Under the pieces are notes generated by a model that worked only from the letters and a program-made list of their open reading frames with translations, searched no databases and was not told the DNA's origin. From Candidatus Micrarchaeota archaeon (GTDB lineage: Archaea > Micrarchaeota > Micrarchaeia > Anstonellales > Bilamarchaeaceae), in the NCBI GenBank assembly GCA_043821365.1, contig JBDRCX010000006.1, positions 32,001-96,000 on the forward strand: a DNA stretch of 64,000 nt, in the 5' to 3' direction. The position numbers were made by a program, and so were the translations under genes. The first letter of the stretch is position 1, and every line of letters starts with the position of its first letter. Shown one piece after another: positions 28,181-37,380 of the stretch.

Positions 28181-29269
28181 ATGTTGCCTAATATTTACAA
28201 AGGAAATTATTTGTTACTAGCAATATTCCCGATTGCTTTGATTCTATTATCTATCTATTATATACCCACAATAAAATTAGGTGTTGATTTCCAGGGAGGT
28301 ACGCTCATCACATTATCACTAAAAGAAAGCGTAGATGCAGATCAACTTGAGAGTCAACTTAATCAAGAAGGTTTAGAAGCTGATGTTAGAGTTTTTGAAA
28401 CTGCTGTTGGTACAAGAGCAGAAATAGAAGTTCCACAAAGCACTGATTTGATAGAAGCAGATGAACTAAGAAATAAATTCAATATACTTTTACCAACAGT
28501 AACTCAACTAGAAGTTGCAAATTACCAAAACTCAAGTTTTAGTGATGAATACATAACAAAAAAAGCAGAATTAGATGCCCTAGCTGATGAAATGTTCACT
28601 CTTGCAGGAACAAATAGAAACGCATTGAACATAACAAGCACAAATGAACTACAACAAGCTTTTTCACATGCATACACTGAGATTTACAAGAACTATCAGA
28701 CTTCGATCTCACAACCAATAAACAAATATGTGGAATATGACTCTATATCAGTCCAGACAGTTAGTCCTGCGTTAACCAGCCACTTTATCGAGGTCGCAAC
28801 AAATGTTGTTATTATGGCAATAGTCTTGAGCCTCGTACTTGTGTTTTTATTTTTCAGGGCATTCGTACCAAGCCTTGCAGTTATGCTTGGAGCTGTTAGT
28901 GACATTTTAATAGCACTTGGTGCAATGGGTTTGTTTGGTATACCATTAACCTTGGCTTCTTTTGCTGCGCTCCTCATGCTTCTCGGTTTCTCATTAGATA
29001 CCGACATATTATTGACGACTAGAATGCTTAAGAGAAAAGGAGACCCAAGAGAAAACGCACACGATGCAATGAAAACAGGAATGACAATGAGTATTACTGC
29101 AATAATAGCTTTTTCTGCACTATTTATTTTAGCAACTTTAACACACATACCAACTTACCATGAAATATCTGCAGTTGCACTTGCGGGTTTGGTTGGAGAC
29201 CTGTTTGCAACCTGGGGAATAAATGCAGTATTGATATTGCATTACGTAGAACATAGGAGGAGAACCTAA
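28181..29269 (+). CDS. secF: Protein translocase subunit SecF
   Basis: LGVDFQGGT, VSPAL, GFSLDTDILLTTR; six-TM pattern. Confidence 0.92.
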   Translation: MLPNIYKGNYLLLAIFPIALILLSIYYIPTIKLGVDFQGGTLITLSLKESVDADQLESQLNQEGLEADVRVFETAVGTRAEIEVPQSTDLIEADELRNKFNILLPTVTQLEVANYQNSSFSDEYITKKAELDALADEMFTLAGTNRNALNITSTNELQQAFSHAYTEIYKNYQTSISQPINKYVEYDSISVQTVSPALTSHFIEVATNVVIMAIVLSLVLVFLFFRAFVPSLAVMLGAVSDILIALGAMGLFGIPLTLASFAALLMLLGFSLDTDILLTTRMLKRKGDPRENAHDAMKTGMTMSITAIIAFSALFILATLTHIPTYHEISAVALAGLVGDLFATWGINAVLILHYVEHRRRT

Positions 29270-30978
29270 TGGATTTTTATAAGGATAATCATTTCCTATT
29301 CTTATTATTCATTTTTGCATTATTTGCAGTTGCAATAGCAATGGTTGCAGGATGGATACTGATAATTGCAATTGTCTTTTTTGGAATTACTTCACTCAGG
29401 TGGAAACAGCCACACATAAAGATTTCTGGGATGGTATTCTTGGTTCTTTTGGCTCTTTTAAATGTCTACGTACACGGTATGAATTTTGGTATTGATTTTG
29501 TTGGTGGTACGCGAATCCCAGTTGTACTTGAACATGCAGTTGACCAAGATACAATGAACGAGATGGTTAATACAATAAAAAGCAGGGCAAATACACTTGG
29601 TCTTAAAGAAATTAAAGCAAGGGCAGTTGGCAATAGTCTTATCAACGTTGAAGTTGCAAGCAGCGATGAGGCAACTATTGAATATATAGAAAAAACACTT
29701 TCACAACAAGGAGTTTACATAGGTGTTGTTGATGGAGAAATTGCCATAAGCGGAGACCATATTTTTAGAACATCCATAAGATCATTATCACCAAACGAAC
29801 TTATACAGCAAGGTGGAGCAGATTGGGGAGTTGGATTTTCAGTTGATAGAGAAGGAGGAGAAATATTTGCAAGTACAGCAAAGGGAAAGGCAGATTATCC
29901 AGTTTACATGTTCATAGACAGACCAAATGATGCAGTCTTATTTTATGATAAGGCCACATTCAAATCATATATACTTTCAGACGCAGGAGAAAAAGAATCA
30001 TTGAAGGCAGTGCAAGAAATGCTTGAACTCGAAAATTCAAACATATCAGTCTATTTGATTGAAACAATTCCAGAGAATTTTACTGCTGCAACAAACTCAA
30101 CTAAAGCAATAATTTCTTCCAACCTATCTGCAGAGATAAAACAAAACCTAACGAATATGGGTTTCACTCTTGTAGAATATGCAGAAGAAAAAATGAAGCC
30201 TGAATTTATGAGATCACGAACAGGAGTTCTTATTGTTAACAAGCTGGAAGCAGTTGGATTGTTAACTGCACCATTGTTGAGCGGCGGAGTAACCTCTGGG
30301 GTTCCTAGTTATAATTATGTTATCACCGGAAGCATTGAAGCAAGCGATGGTAAATCAAAAAGTGCAGAGGCACTTGAAAAAGTAAAGAGCATAGAATCAA
30401 TTTTGAAAGGAGGGGCATTACCAGTACAAATATCACTTGGATCAAGAACAACCTTACCAGCATCTCTTGGAAGTGAATTTTTAAAGCTAAGTTTGATCGC
30501 AATTGGCGGGTCGCTTCTTGCAATAGCTGTTTTGATTGGTTTGAGATATAGAAACATAAAAGCAACATTACCAATAGTTTTGATTAGTTTTGCTGAGTTA
30601 GCAATATTATTATCCATCCTAGGCTCATTTACAATTGATCTTGCAGCAATGGCAGGTATTATTGCAGCCATAGGTGTTGGTGTAGATGCACAGATAGTTA
30701 TTACTGATGAACTTCTGAAAAAGGACGACCATAAGATTTCTGAGAAAGTTGAACTTGCTTTCGGTATAATAAGAACAAATGCAATAGTTGCAATTTGTTC
30801 GATGATACCGCTTTTGTTCTCTGGTTTGGTAGAAATTATCGGTTTCGCAATGTCAACCATGTTAGGTGCTTTGCTTGGTTATTTATTGACAAGACCAGCA
30901 TATGCAGCGATGGTAGAGAAAGTGCTTGAAGCAGAAAAGAAAGGAGAAGCACACAAGCACGGGCATCCGATTGCTTAG
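29269..30978 (+). CDS. secD: Protein translocase subunit SecD
   Basis: FGIDFVGGTRI, LKGGALPV, LGSEF, IGVGVDAQIVITDE. Confidence 0.92.
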   Translation: MDFYKDNHFLFLLFIFALFAVAIAMVAGWILIIAIVFFGITSLRWKQPHIKISGMVFLVLLALLNVYVHGMNFGIDFVGGTRIPVVLEHAVDQDTMNEMVNTIKSRANTLGLKEIKARAVGNSLINVEVASSDEATIEYIEKTLSQQGVYIGVVDGEIAISGDHIFRTSIRSLSPNELIQQGGADWGVGFSVDREGGEIFASTAKGKADYPVYMFIDRPNDAVLFYDKATFKSYILSDAGEKESLKAVQEMLELENSNISVYLIETIPENFTAATNSTKAIISSNLSAEIKQNLTNMGFTLVEYAEEKMKPEFMRSRTGVLIVNKLEAVGLLTAPLLSGGVTSGVPSYNYVITGSIEASDGKSKSAEALEKVKSIESILKGGALPVQISLGSRTTLPASLGSEFLKLSLIAIGGSLLAIAVLIGLRYRNIKATLPIVLISFAELAILLSILGSFTIDLAAMAGIIAAIGVGVDAQIVITDELLKKDDHKISEKVELAFGIIRTNAIVAICSMIPLLFSGLVEIIGFAMSTMLGALLGYLLTRPAYAAMVEKVLEAEKKGEAHKHGHPIA

Positions 30979-31063
30979 CGATGAAATGTATACCCTATTA
31001 TACTAATTACTTGATTTGAAAGAGCTACCTAGTATTTAAAAACTATAATTGGATTAGTAAAAT

Positions 31064-33487
31064 ATGTGCAACTTATACCTAGAGGGTACAAGGGCAATAG
31101 TGGACTTAGCAAAATGTCCATATGAATTTGCCTCACCAGAGTTTCTTAATCTTCATCTAAAGGACCTCTCAACAACTGAATCACCAATAAAAACATTAAG
31201 GTATGAAGAGGAAATAGTTGTAGAACTTAATGAAGAAAAAACTGCAATCCTAACTCAATATGCTTCATTTATACGCCAATTGGAAACAATACTTTTGAAA
31301 GATGATATTTATGGATTACGACAGGATCCAGCATGTGACAATAGGCGCAAATTATTGAAAAGATTTTATGAATATGTGTTCCTCAACCCACAGATGGCTT
31401 CTCAACAACTCAGAGATTATAATGAACCTGAACCTGAAAAAGCTATTTTTGTCAAAGGATATCAAACATTCAAGGGATGGATCGCAGGTATTTTGAAAAG
31501 TTATGAAGTGACAAAACTCTATAATTTAGTTAAGAATACCGGAGATCTACGTGCAGCATTTCTTGAACTCGTTGGACTTAAGACTCTTTACTTTGTCCCT
31601 TCTTTGGTTTTAGGAATACCAAAAGATGCAGTTCCAATGAAAGGTCCTGAAGCAAAATATAGCCTTTCTTTTGGTGTTGATGTACAGATATATGAGATTC
31701 CGGGTGAAGAAGCATACTTATATGTCCAAGAAAACAAAGCCATAGATGGACTAAGTCCTGAACTCAATAAACTGTTGAAAACAACCATAAATGAACAATT
31801 CAAGGAAACGTTCTCAAATGTAGATTGGGACATATTAATGAATTTAAAAACAAGAGATTATCGTCAATACTTCATAGATAGAGCAGTTATGGAAGGGATA
31901 CCGATTACTCCACAACAGGCAATGGCCATGGGACACGAATGTGCTGCATGGGTTGTTGGTCTTGGTGCCCATATTGAGAACCTATCTCTGGATAAAGAAA
32001 ATATAACTGATATTTATATTGACAGCGAAAACTCTCCTTTGTACGTAGAACATGCAAAATATGGCCTGTGCCACACATTATACAGGTATAATAGAGATTT
32101 GCTAGATAGATGTTTCAGAAATATAGTCTATACACTTAAGGGCACTAGAAAATTTGATGAAAGCAACCCGATTGTTGATGTTGTACTAAAAAGACTTTCA
32201 ATGAGATGCCACTTACAAAGACCTCCAGCTACATTCGGTGAATTGCAAGCTGCTTTGAGAATTATGAAAGAACAGCCATTTACATATGCACAATATTTAA
32301 ACTTTAATTCATTTACCCCGTTTTTTGCAGGCTATGACGATACAATGGTAACCTTAGGTTGTTCTGAAGCAGTTCTTGGATTAAAAGGTGTTGGAAAAAC
32401 ATCATTCACTGCAGCAAAAATTACCTCTATTGGAACTAGAAGAAGAATCATACCAGTTCAGGATATTGAAGAAATTCCAGTACGTGCATTTAGAAAACGT
32501 GGATTCCATATTGGTGCTGCGAGGGTTCAGAGTTCAGATGTCGAAGAATCCCACACAAAAGAATTAGACCTTGTTGCAATGGCCAATGCTCTTCTGCGTA
32601 TGGGTGATGCTGCACTTATTATTAACGAAGTTAGATCACGTGTTGCAGTGCAGGGTATTATCAACTTACTTAATACCCAGCCAGGTGTTTTCCTTTTATA
32701 CAATCTACACGCAGAATCACTTCGAGACATTCAAGATAGATTGGAACTGGTATTTGGACTTCCAGCTGCCAGCATGTATGCCACTGATAGATATACCTTC
32801 TTGAAAAAAGTAAGATTTGGAAGAAAAGGAAGGATATATCGTGTGGTTGGTTTTGAATTTGAAAGTGACATTGAAGAGAAAAAATTCGTGGAGATATTTA
32901 GGTTTAGAAGAGGGGAAAACATAAATAGCTGTACTTGGGAAGCAAAATTCCTTAGAAACCCTGAAGCAAGTATGTGGAATTTTGATAAAGTAGATATAAA
33001 GAAGTTGATGAAGGAAATTGACATTTCTTTTGTACCCCCAGCACTTGGAAGAAGAAGTGAAGAAAGTGGAATTTCACCAGAACAGTATATGCTTCAGGCA
33101 TTCTGGAAAGGAAAAATGTACTATGATATATACAAACTTAGTAAACAGATGAATGATAAACTAATGCTTGAACTTGATTTTGTCCTCAAAGTGAATACTG
33201 CGGCAGGTAGACTACTTGTTTCAATGGAACAGGAACAGGGTGAAATTGATTTTGGAGAAGCATGGGATAGATGGGGACCAATCTTCAAAGATGTTGTAAA
33301 GAAAGACCTTGAAAAACGAAAATTAGGTGTGCCTGAAATACCAGATGAGCCAGAACTACCACAACCAGAAGATGATATCGATGATGGTGATGAACCACCA
33401 GAAGATGAAGAAATGGTTGAAGATCCAAGAATGAAAACTTTGAGAGAACGATTAAGACAAAAGAAATTGGAAACAAAGAAAAAATAG
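31064..33487 (+). CDS. Type II/IV secretion or pilus assembly ATPase (VirB11/FlaI/CpaF-like)
   Basis: Walker A GLKGVGKT, Walker B LIINEVR, His-box-like LHAES, IYIDSENSP; acidic C-tail. Confidence 0.8.
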   Translation: MCNLYLEGTRAIVDLAKCPYEFASPEFLNLHLKDLSTTESPIKTLRYEEEIVVELNEEKTAILTQYASFIRQLETILLKDDIYGLRQDPACDNRRKLLKRFYEYVFLNPQMASQQLRDYNEPEPEKAIFVKGYQTFKGWIAGILKSYEVTKLYNLVKNTGDLRAAFLELVGLKTLYFVPSLVLGIPKDAVPMKGPEAKYSLSFGVDVQIYEIPGEEAYLYVQENKAIDGLSPELNKLLKTTINEQFKETFSNVDWDILMNLKTRDYRQYFIDRAVMEGIPITPQQAMAMGHECAAWVVGLGAHIENLSLDKENITDIYIDSENSPLYVEHAKYGLCHTLYRYNRDLLDRCFRNIVYTLKGTRKFDESNPIVDVVLKRLSMRCHLQRPPATFGELQAALRIMKEQPFTYAQYLNFNSFTPFFAGYDDTMVTLGCSEAVLGLKGVGKTSFTAAKITSIGTRRRIIPVQDIEEIPVRAFRKRGFHIGAARVQSSDVEESHTKELDLVAMANALLRMGDAALIINEVRSRVAVQGIINLLNTQPGVFLLYNLHAESLRDIQDRLELVFGLPAASMYATDRYTFLKKVRFGRKGRIYRVVGFEFESDIEEKKFVEIFRFRRGENINSCTWEAKFLRNPEASMWNFDKVDIKKLMKEIDISFVPPALGRRSEESGISPEQYMLQAFWKGKMYYDIYKLSKQMNDKLMLELDFVLKVNTAAGRLLVSMEQEQGEIDFGEAWDRWGPIFKDVVKKDLEKRKLGVPEIPDEPELPQPEDDIDDGDEPPEDEEMVEDPRMKTLRERLRQKKLETKKK

Positions 33488-33490
33488 ATC

Positions 33491-34648
33491 TTATTTATTA
33501 TTTTTCATATATTTTTCAATTCGATTCATTGCTTCATTTATTTGTTCAGGTGAACCAAGGAAAACAACCCTGAAGTATTTCCCTTTGAGTGTTGGTGCAA
33601 ATCCAGAGCCTGGGACTGCAACCACACCTGCTTTCAGTAACCCATGAATAAATTCAACATCATTCTTCCAAGGACCTTCTACTTTTATGAATGCATAGAA
33701 AGCACCTTTAGGTGAAGCAAGGCTGAGACCTGGGATCTCACTTACTCTTTTTGCTAGAATATCTCTTCGTTCTTTCAATTGAGCATTAAACTTGGCAATG
33801 TGATCATGTGGTCCTTTAAGTGCAGCAGTATATGCTCTTTGCATCTCCCAATTTACTGATAGTCTTTGGTTGCATAACCTTTGGACTGCATCCTTAATAC
33901 CATCCCATTTATCTCCATGGAATGCTACATACCCAACACGTGCACCTGGATAGATGTAATTTTTAGATAACGAATTACCAGAAATTAATGGAACGTCTTT
34001 ATGAATTTCACGAAGATTTGTGTATTCTCCATCAAAAACAAGTTTCTCATATGCATCATCTGAGATTATTGGGAGGTTGTGTTCTCCTGCAATATTAACA
34101 ATTTCCTGGAGTGTTTTTCTTGAATAAACTGCACCAGTTGGATTATTTGGATTAATAACCAAAATTGCTTTTGTAAATTTATTTATACCTCTTCTGAGGC
34201 TGTCAGTATCTGGCTCGAAAGTTTCATCACAATCATAGAATTCAACAGTACCATAACTTAGTCTTTCTTTTGTAAGATAAAGTGGGTATGTTGGAACAGG
34301 AAGAAGAATATTCCTACCAGGATCAACTAATGCCTGGAAAAGAAAATCAATTCCTTCGCTCAGACCAGATGTTATGAAAACATCTTCGTGAGAGGTTTTT
34401 TCATATTCTGCAATTGCTTTACGAAGATCATGATCTCCTTCGGATGGAGCATAACCAGAATAATTTTGTTTAAGTGCTTCTGCAGCTGCATCAAGAATAT
34501 GTTGCGGTGGTCTAAAACCAAATGGAGCAGGATCACCAATATTAAGATAAACCATTTCGGTTCCTTGTTTTTCCAAACGTTTTGCTTCCTGGACTATATC
34601 TCTAATTGGGTATGAAACTAATTCACTTCTCATAGATGGTTCAATCAT
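33491..34648 (-). CDS. Class I/II PLP aminotransferase (AlaAT/AspAT-like)
   Basis: LNIGDP, INPNNPTGAVY, DDAY, NSLSKNYIYPGARVGY; GGAGG SD before ATG 34648. Confidence 0.93.
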   Translation of the reverse strand: MIEPSMRSELVSYPIRDIVQEAKRLEKQGTEMVYLNIGDPAPFGFRPPQHILDAAAEALKQNYSGYAPSEGDHDLRKAIAEYEKTSHEDVFITSGLSEGIDFLFQALVDPGRNILLPVPTYPLYLTKERLSYGTVEFYDCDETFEPDTDSLRRGINKFTKAILVINPNNPTGAVYSRKTLQEIVNIAGEHNLPIISDDAYEKLVFDGEYTNLREIHKDVPLISGNSLSKNYIYPGARVGYVAFHGDKWDGIKDAVQRLCNQRLSVNWEMQRAYTAALKGPHDHIAKFNAQLKERRDILAKRVSEIPGLSLASPKGAFYAFIKVEGPWKNDVEFIHGLLKAGVVAVPGSGFAPTLKGKYFRVVFLGSPEQINEAMNRIEKYMKNNK

Positions 34649-34693
34649 GTGAAAACCTCCCGAAAATAGGGATTCATCTACCAAATCAATTAA

Positions 34694-34792
34694 CCAGATA
34701 TATTCTGGAATCTTTTTATTAATGTCGTAATTGCATCGATTATGATAATCTGGAACGAACGACGTTCCAGACTTGTTGATACGTCATAAGTC
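34694..34792. repeat. Cluster of four adjacent hairpins in an intergenic region
   Basis: 34694-34708, 34725-34745, perfect TCTGGAACG-AACGA-CGTTCCAGA at 34749-34771, and 34770-34792. Confidence 0.6.
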
Positions 34793-34797
34793 GATGG

Positions 34798-35154
34798 TCA
34801 TCTCGGTGAGATTGAAAATGTAAATCTTTTCGATGTCCCGTAATATATTGTTGTTTTGGATAAGGAAGCTAATATGGTGTGGTTATTGCCAGAACGGCAA
34901 TTTGTGAATTCAATACCATTAATGAAAAAACAAAGATTTGTCTTGTTGCCCATTATCTCCATGTCTGATTCAATTTTAATTCTACTAAGATCAGACATGT
35001 CCTGGAAATTATTTCTTAGATAGAGTACACGCCAACTATCCTGAGCCAGTTGAAAATTGTAGAGTAGATTGGACGACTGGTATGGTTCAGGTATAATTGA
35101 AACTATGATTATTGTAAAAAATAATAACGACAAAAACGCTTCTATTGATTGTAT
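34798..35154 (-). CDS. Pilin-like/accessory protein (possible ATA start)
   Basis: In-frame extension to ATA 35154 gives (M)QSIEAFLSLLFF, followed by a hydrophobic helix; otherwise TTG 35133. Confidence 0.65.
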   Translation of the reverse strand: MQSIEAFLSLLFFTIIIVSIIPEPYQSSNLLYNFQLAQDSWRVLYLRNNFQDMSDLSRIKIESDMEIMGNKTNLCFFINGIEFTNCRSGNNHTILASLSKTTIYYGTSKRFTFSISPR

Positions 35155-35580
35155 TTAACCACCACAAACAAAAAGCTGTTTTATTTCTTTTTCATCTCCA
35201 GTAACAACGATACGGTAGATACAGATAGGATATGTTTCTGAAGGAGGATTTGTCCCCAAGTAAAGTTTGGATAGGTCTGTTTTTTCCCTTAGATTTTCAG
35301 TTAGATTTTTATTTAATTTTTGTTCATCAATCCAGTTTGGATATTTCACATCATTAATATGTATTGCCGCACTGTTTTTTACCACATTATCTGCTATTGC
35401 AATAATCTTATTCATTATTTTTTGATGACGAGCATTCGTTGCATCTGTACTTGACAAAATAGAAATAGTCTTAGTAAGAAGGAAAATTATCAAAATGACT
35501 GATAGTAGGCTAATTAATCCATCAAGAGCAATAAAACCATTATACTGGTTGGGCCTTGTCTGATTCAAAAACACCACCAA
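35155..35580 (-). CDS. Pilin-like protein (class III signal peptide-like)
   Basis: NG|FIALDGLISLL followed by a TM helix. Confidence 0.7.
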   Translation of the reverse strand: MVVFLNQTRPNQYNGFIALDGLISLLSVILIIFLLTKTISILSSTDATNARHQKIMNKIIAIADNVVKNSAAIHINDVKYPNWIDEQKLNKNLTENLREKTDLSKLYLGTNPPSETYPICIYRIVVTGDEKEIKQLFVCGG

Positions 35581-35830
35581 CCTCGATAATTTTACTTCCG
35601 TTAGTTATATGAAGTTTGTTTTGCTCTATACTAAAATAGCCATCAAAAGTAGCTTCCACTCCATCATTCAGAGCGCAATCAATTGCTATTGCCATGGAAT
35701 GTGCTTTGTTTATGTCATTCTGGGAGTATATGGAAGATTTATCCATTTCAAAGAGAATTGCCCCGGTTAATATTATTATTAGAATAAATGAAATAAAAAA
35801 TATCATGAAAAATTCTACAGTTAATGACAA
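35540..35830 (-). CDS. Pilin-like protein
   Basis: SLTVEF followed by an N-terminal hydrophobic helix. Confidence 0.6.
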   Translation of the reverse strand: MSLTVEFFMIFFISFILIIILTGAILFEMDKSSIYSQNDINKAHSMAIAIDCALNDGVEATFDGYFSIEQNKLHITNGSKIIEVGGVFESDKAQPV

Positions 35831-36381
35831 GAAACCACCAGTTCTGGCAAAGTAGAATTCACTGAAATAAATATAGAATCAAGAGCCAGCTGAATTTTAT
35901 TTAATTTTATATAATCAAGAGAAAACATATTTTTTGCAAGCGGGTCTAATTTCAGGATTGTTGATATCGAAGGAGCTGAAAACGAAACAGAAAAATCAGG
36001 ATCAAATTCGTGATTTAATAGGCTAGAAATTTTCATATTTGATGAGCCTGCTGCACTTAGCCGCGCTTCATTCTCTCTAAAACATAACGAACACAAATGA
36101 TCATCACAATAGTTTGGATGATCTCTATCATAACTACAAAAATTATCTTTACAATGCATACACATTCTCACATCATGACTTAGATCATATTTTACAAATC
36201 CTTCCATTGCACCTTGTAAAGCACTCTCGATAATTGCTTCTTTTACATTCATAGATAGTGCATATGATCTTTCAATAGCCAATGCTTTGGAAAAATCAAA
36301 TTTATTAGACAGATTAGCCATTGTAGTAAATATAAGCAGAAGAGAAACAAATACCAGTAGAAACGAAAAGTAACCTTTCAT
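35821..36381 (-). CDS. Pilin-like protein with a Cys-rich insert
   Basis: MKG|YFSFLLVF class III-like signal; CMHC..C..C..LC..C. Confidence 0.7.
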   Translation of the reverse strand: MKGYFSFLLVFVSLLLIFTTMANLSNKFDFSKALAIERSYALSMNVKEAIIESALQGAMEGFVKYDLSHDVRMCMHCKDNFCSYDRDHPNYCDDHLCSLCFRENEARLSAAGSSNMKISSLLNHEFDPDFSVSFSAPSISTILKLDPLAKNMFSLDYIKLNKIQLALDSIFISVNSTLPELVVSCH

Positions 36382-36464
36382 TCATCCCCCGGATTTGCTC
36401 TCAGCTAAAATTAAAATGTCTTTTGTTTAGCTGGAAAATGATAAAAATTAAGAAAAAAAGCTTT

Positions 36465-36647
36465 TCACTTTACTTTTACTGCATAACTGCCAACAACATT
36501 TATCCCTATAACTTTGGCAACTTCTGAACGTTCTGCATCAATAACAACAATCATCCCCGAATATTTTTCTGAAAGTTCACCCTGGCACTTTGGACAGGTT
36601 TTATCTTTTGTATGAACGATATATCTACATTGTTTACAGGCACTCAT
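36465..36647 (-). CDS. spt4: Transcription elongation factor Spt4 (RpoE'')
   Basis: ACKQCR..CPKC..LSEKYSGMIVVID...YAVKVK; directly after rpo7. Confidence 0.93.
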   Translation of the reverse strand: MSACKQCRYIVHTKDKTCPKCQGELSEKYSGMIVVIDAERSEVAKVIGINVVGSYAVKVK

Positions 36648-37219
36648 TTCTCTTCACCTTTTTTCTTTTCTTTTTTTGGAGCTGCCTTTGCTTCCAACCA
36701 TTCTGGTCTTCCAAGTCCATCTGGTCTCATGGTCAAACCAATCTTTGTATCTGAAGAAGTTGATTTTAAACTTACAGTTGAAACCTTGACAATTAGTTCA
36801 TCTCCTTTTTTTATTACCTTTTTCAGAACTTTTGAACCAAGAGTTTTTGCTTTCTTATCATAATAGAATTTTTCTTTATCAATCTGTGAAACATGTAAAA
36901 GTCCTTGGAACGGACCAATAGATGCGAATGCACCGAATTCAACAATTTCTTTTACTTCTGCCTTGTAGACCTCATTTACCATTGGATAGAAACAAAGTGC
37001 TTCATACTGAACAGAATAATATGCACCACTGTCACCTGGAATGATGGTACCATCAGAAACAACTTTTGGATTGTTAATTGATAATATAATACCAAGATCT
37101 TTGTAAATGCGACCTTCATACCTTTCTCTTACGATTGCCTGAACTGCATTCTCAAGCTCACTGCCAAACATTGATGGCGGTACTCTAATCCGATCTTCAA
37201 CTGTTTTTGTATAATACAT
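36644..37219 (-). CDS. rpoE1: DNA-directed RNA polymerase subunit Rpo7 (E')
   Basis: IRVPPSMFG, GDSGAYY, EIVEFGAF, GLLHVSQI, KIGLTMRPDGLG; GGAGG SD before ATG 37219. Confidence 0.95.
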   Translation of the reverse strand: MYYTKTVEDRIRVPPSMFGSELENAVQAIVRERYEGRIYKDLGIILSINNPKVVSDGTIIPGDSGAYYSVQYEALCFYPMVNEVYKAEVKEIVEFGAFASIGPFQGLLHVSQIDKEKFYYDKKAKTLGSKVLKKVIKKGDELIVKVSTVSLKSTSSDTKIGLTMRPDGLGRPEWLEAKAAPKKEKKKGEEK

Positions 37220-37380
37220 GAAATTTTCCTCCTGCTTCACACCGGTTAAAATTTCATTAAACTTCTACCGGCAATATTGAGGATTAGTTCCTCCGTCATT
37301 CGCCTCACGAGATTTTCGTGGGAGAGTCTAGCTAATTTTTTAGCAAGTAATATGAGAATGGATTAGTTTAAATGGCTTAC

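Noticed and set aside
37272-37368. Hairpin (CTCACGA-GATTT-TCGTGGG) between partial direct repeats (AATAT..GGATTAGTT)
   Set aside because: Short, imperfect and a single copy; cannot be separated from promoter or terminator sequence without a genome-wide search
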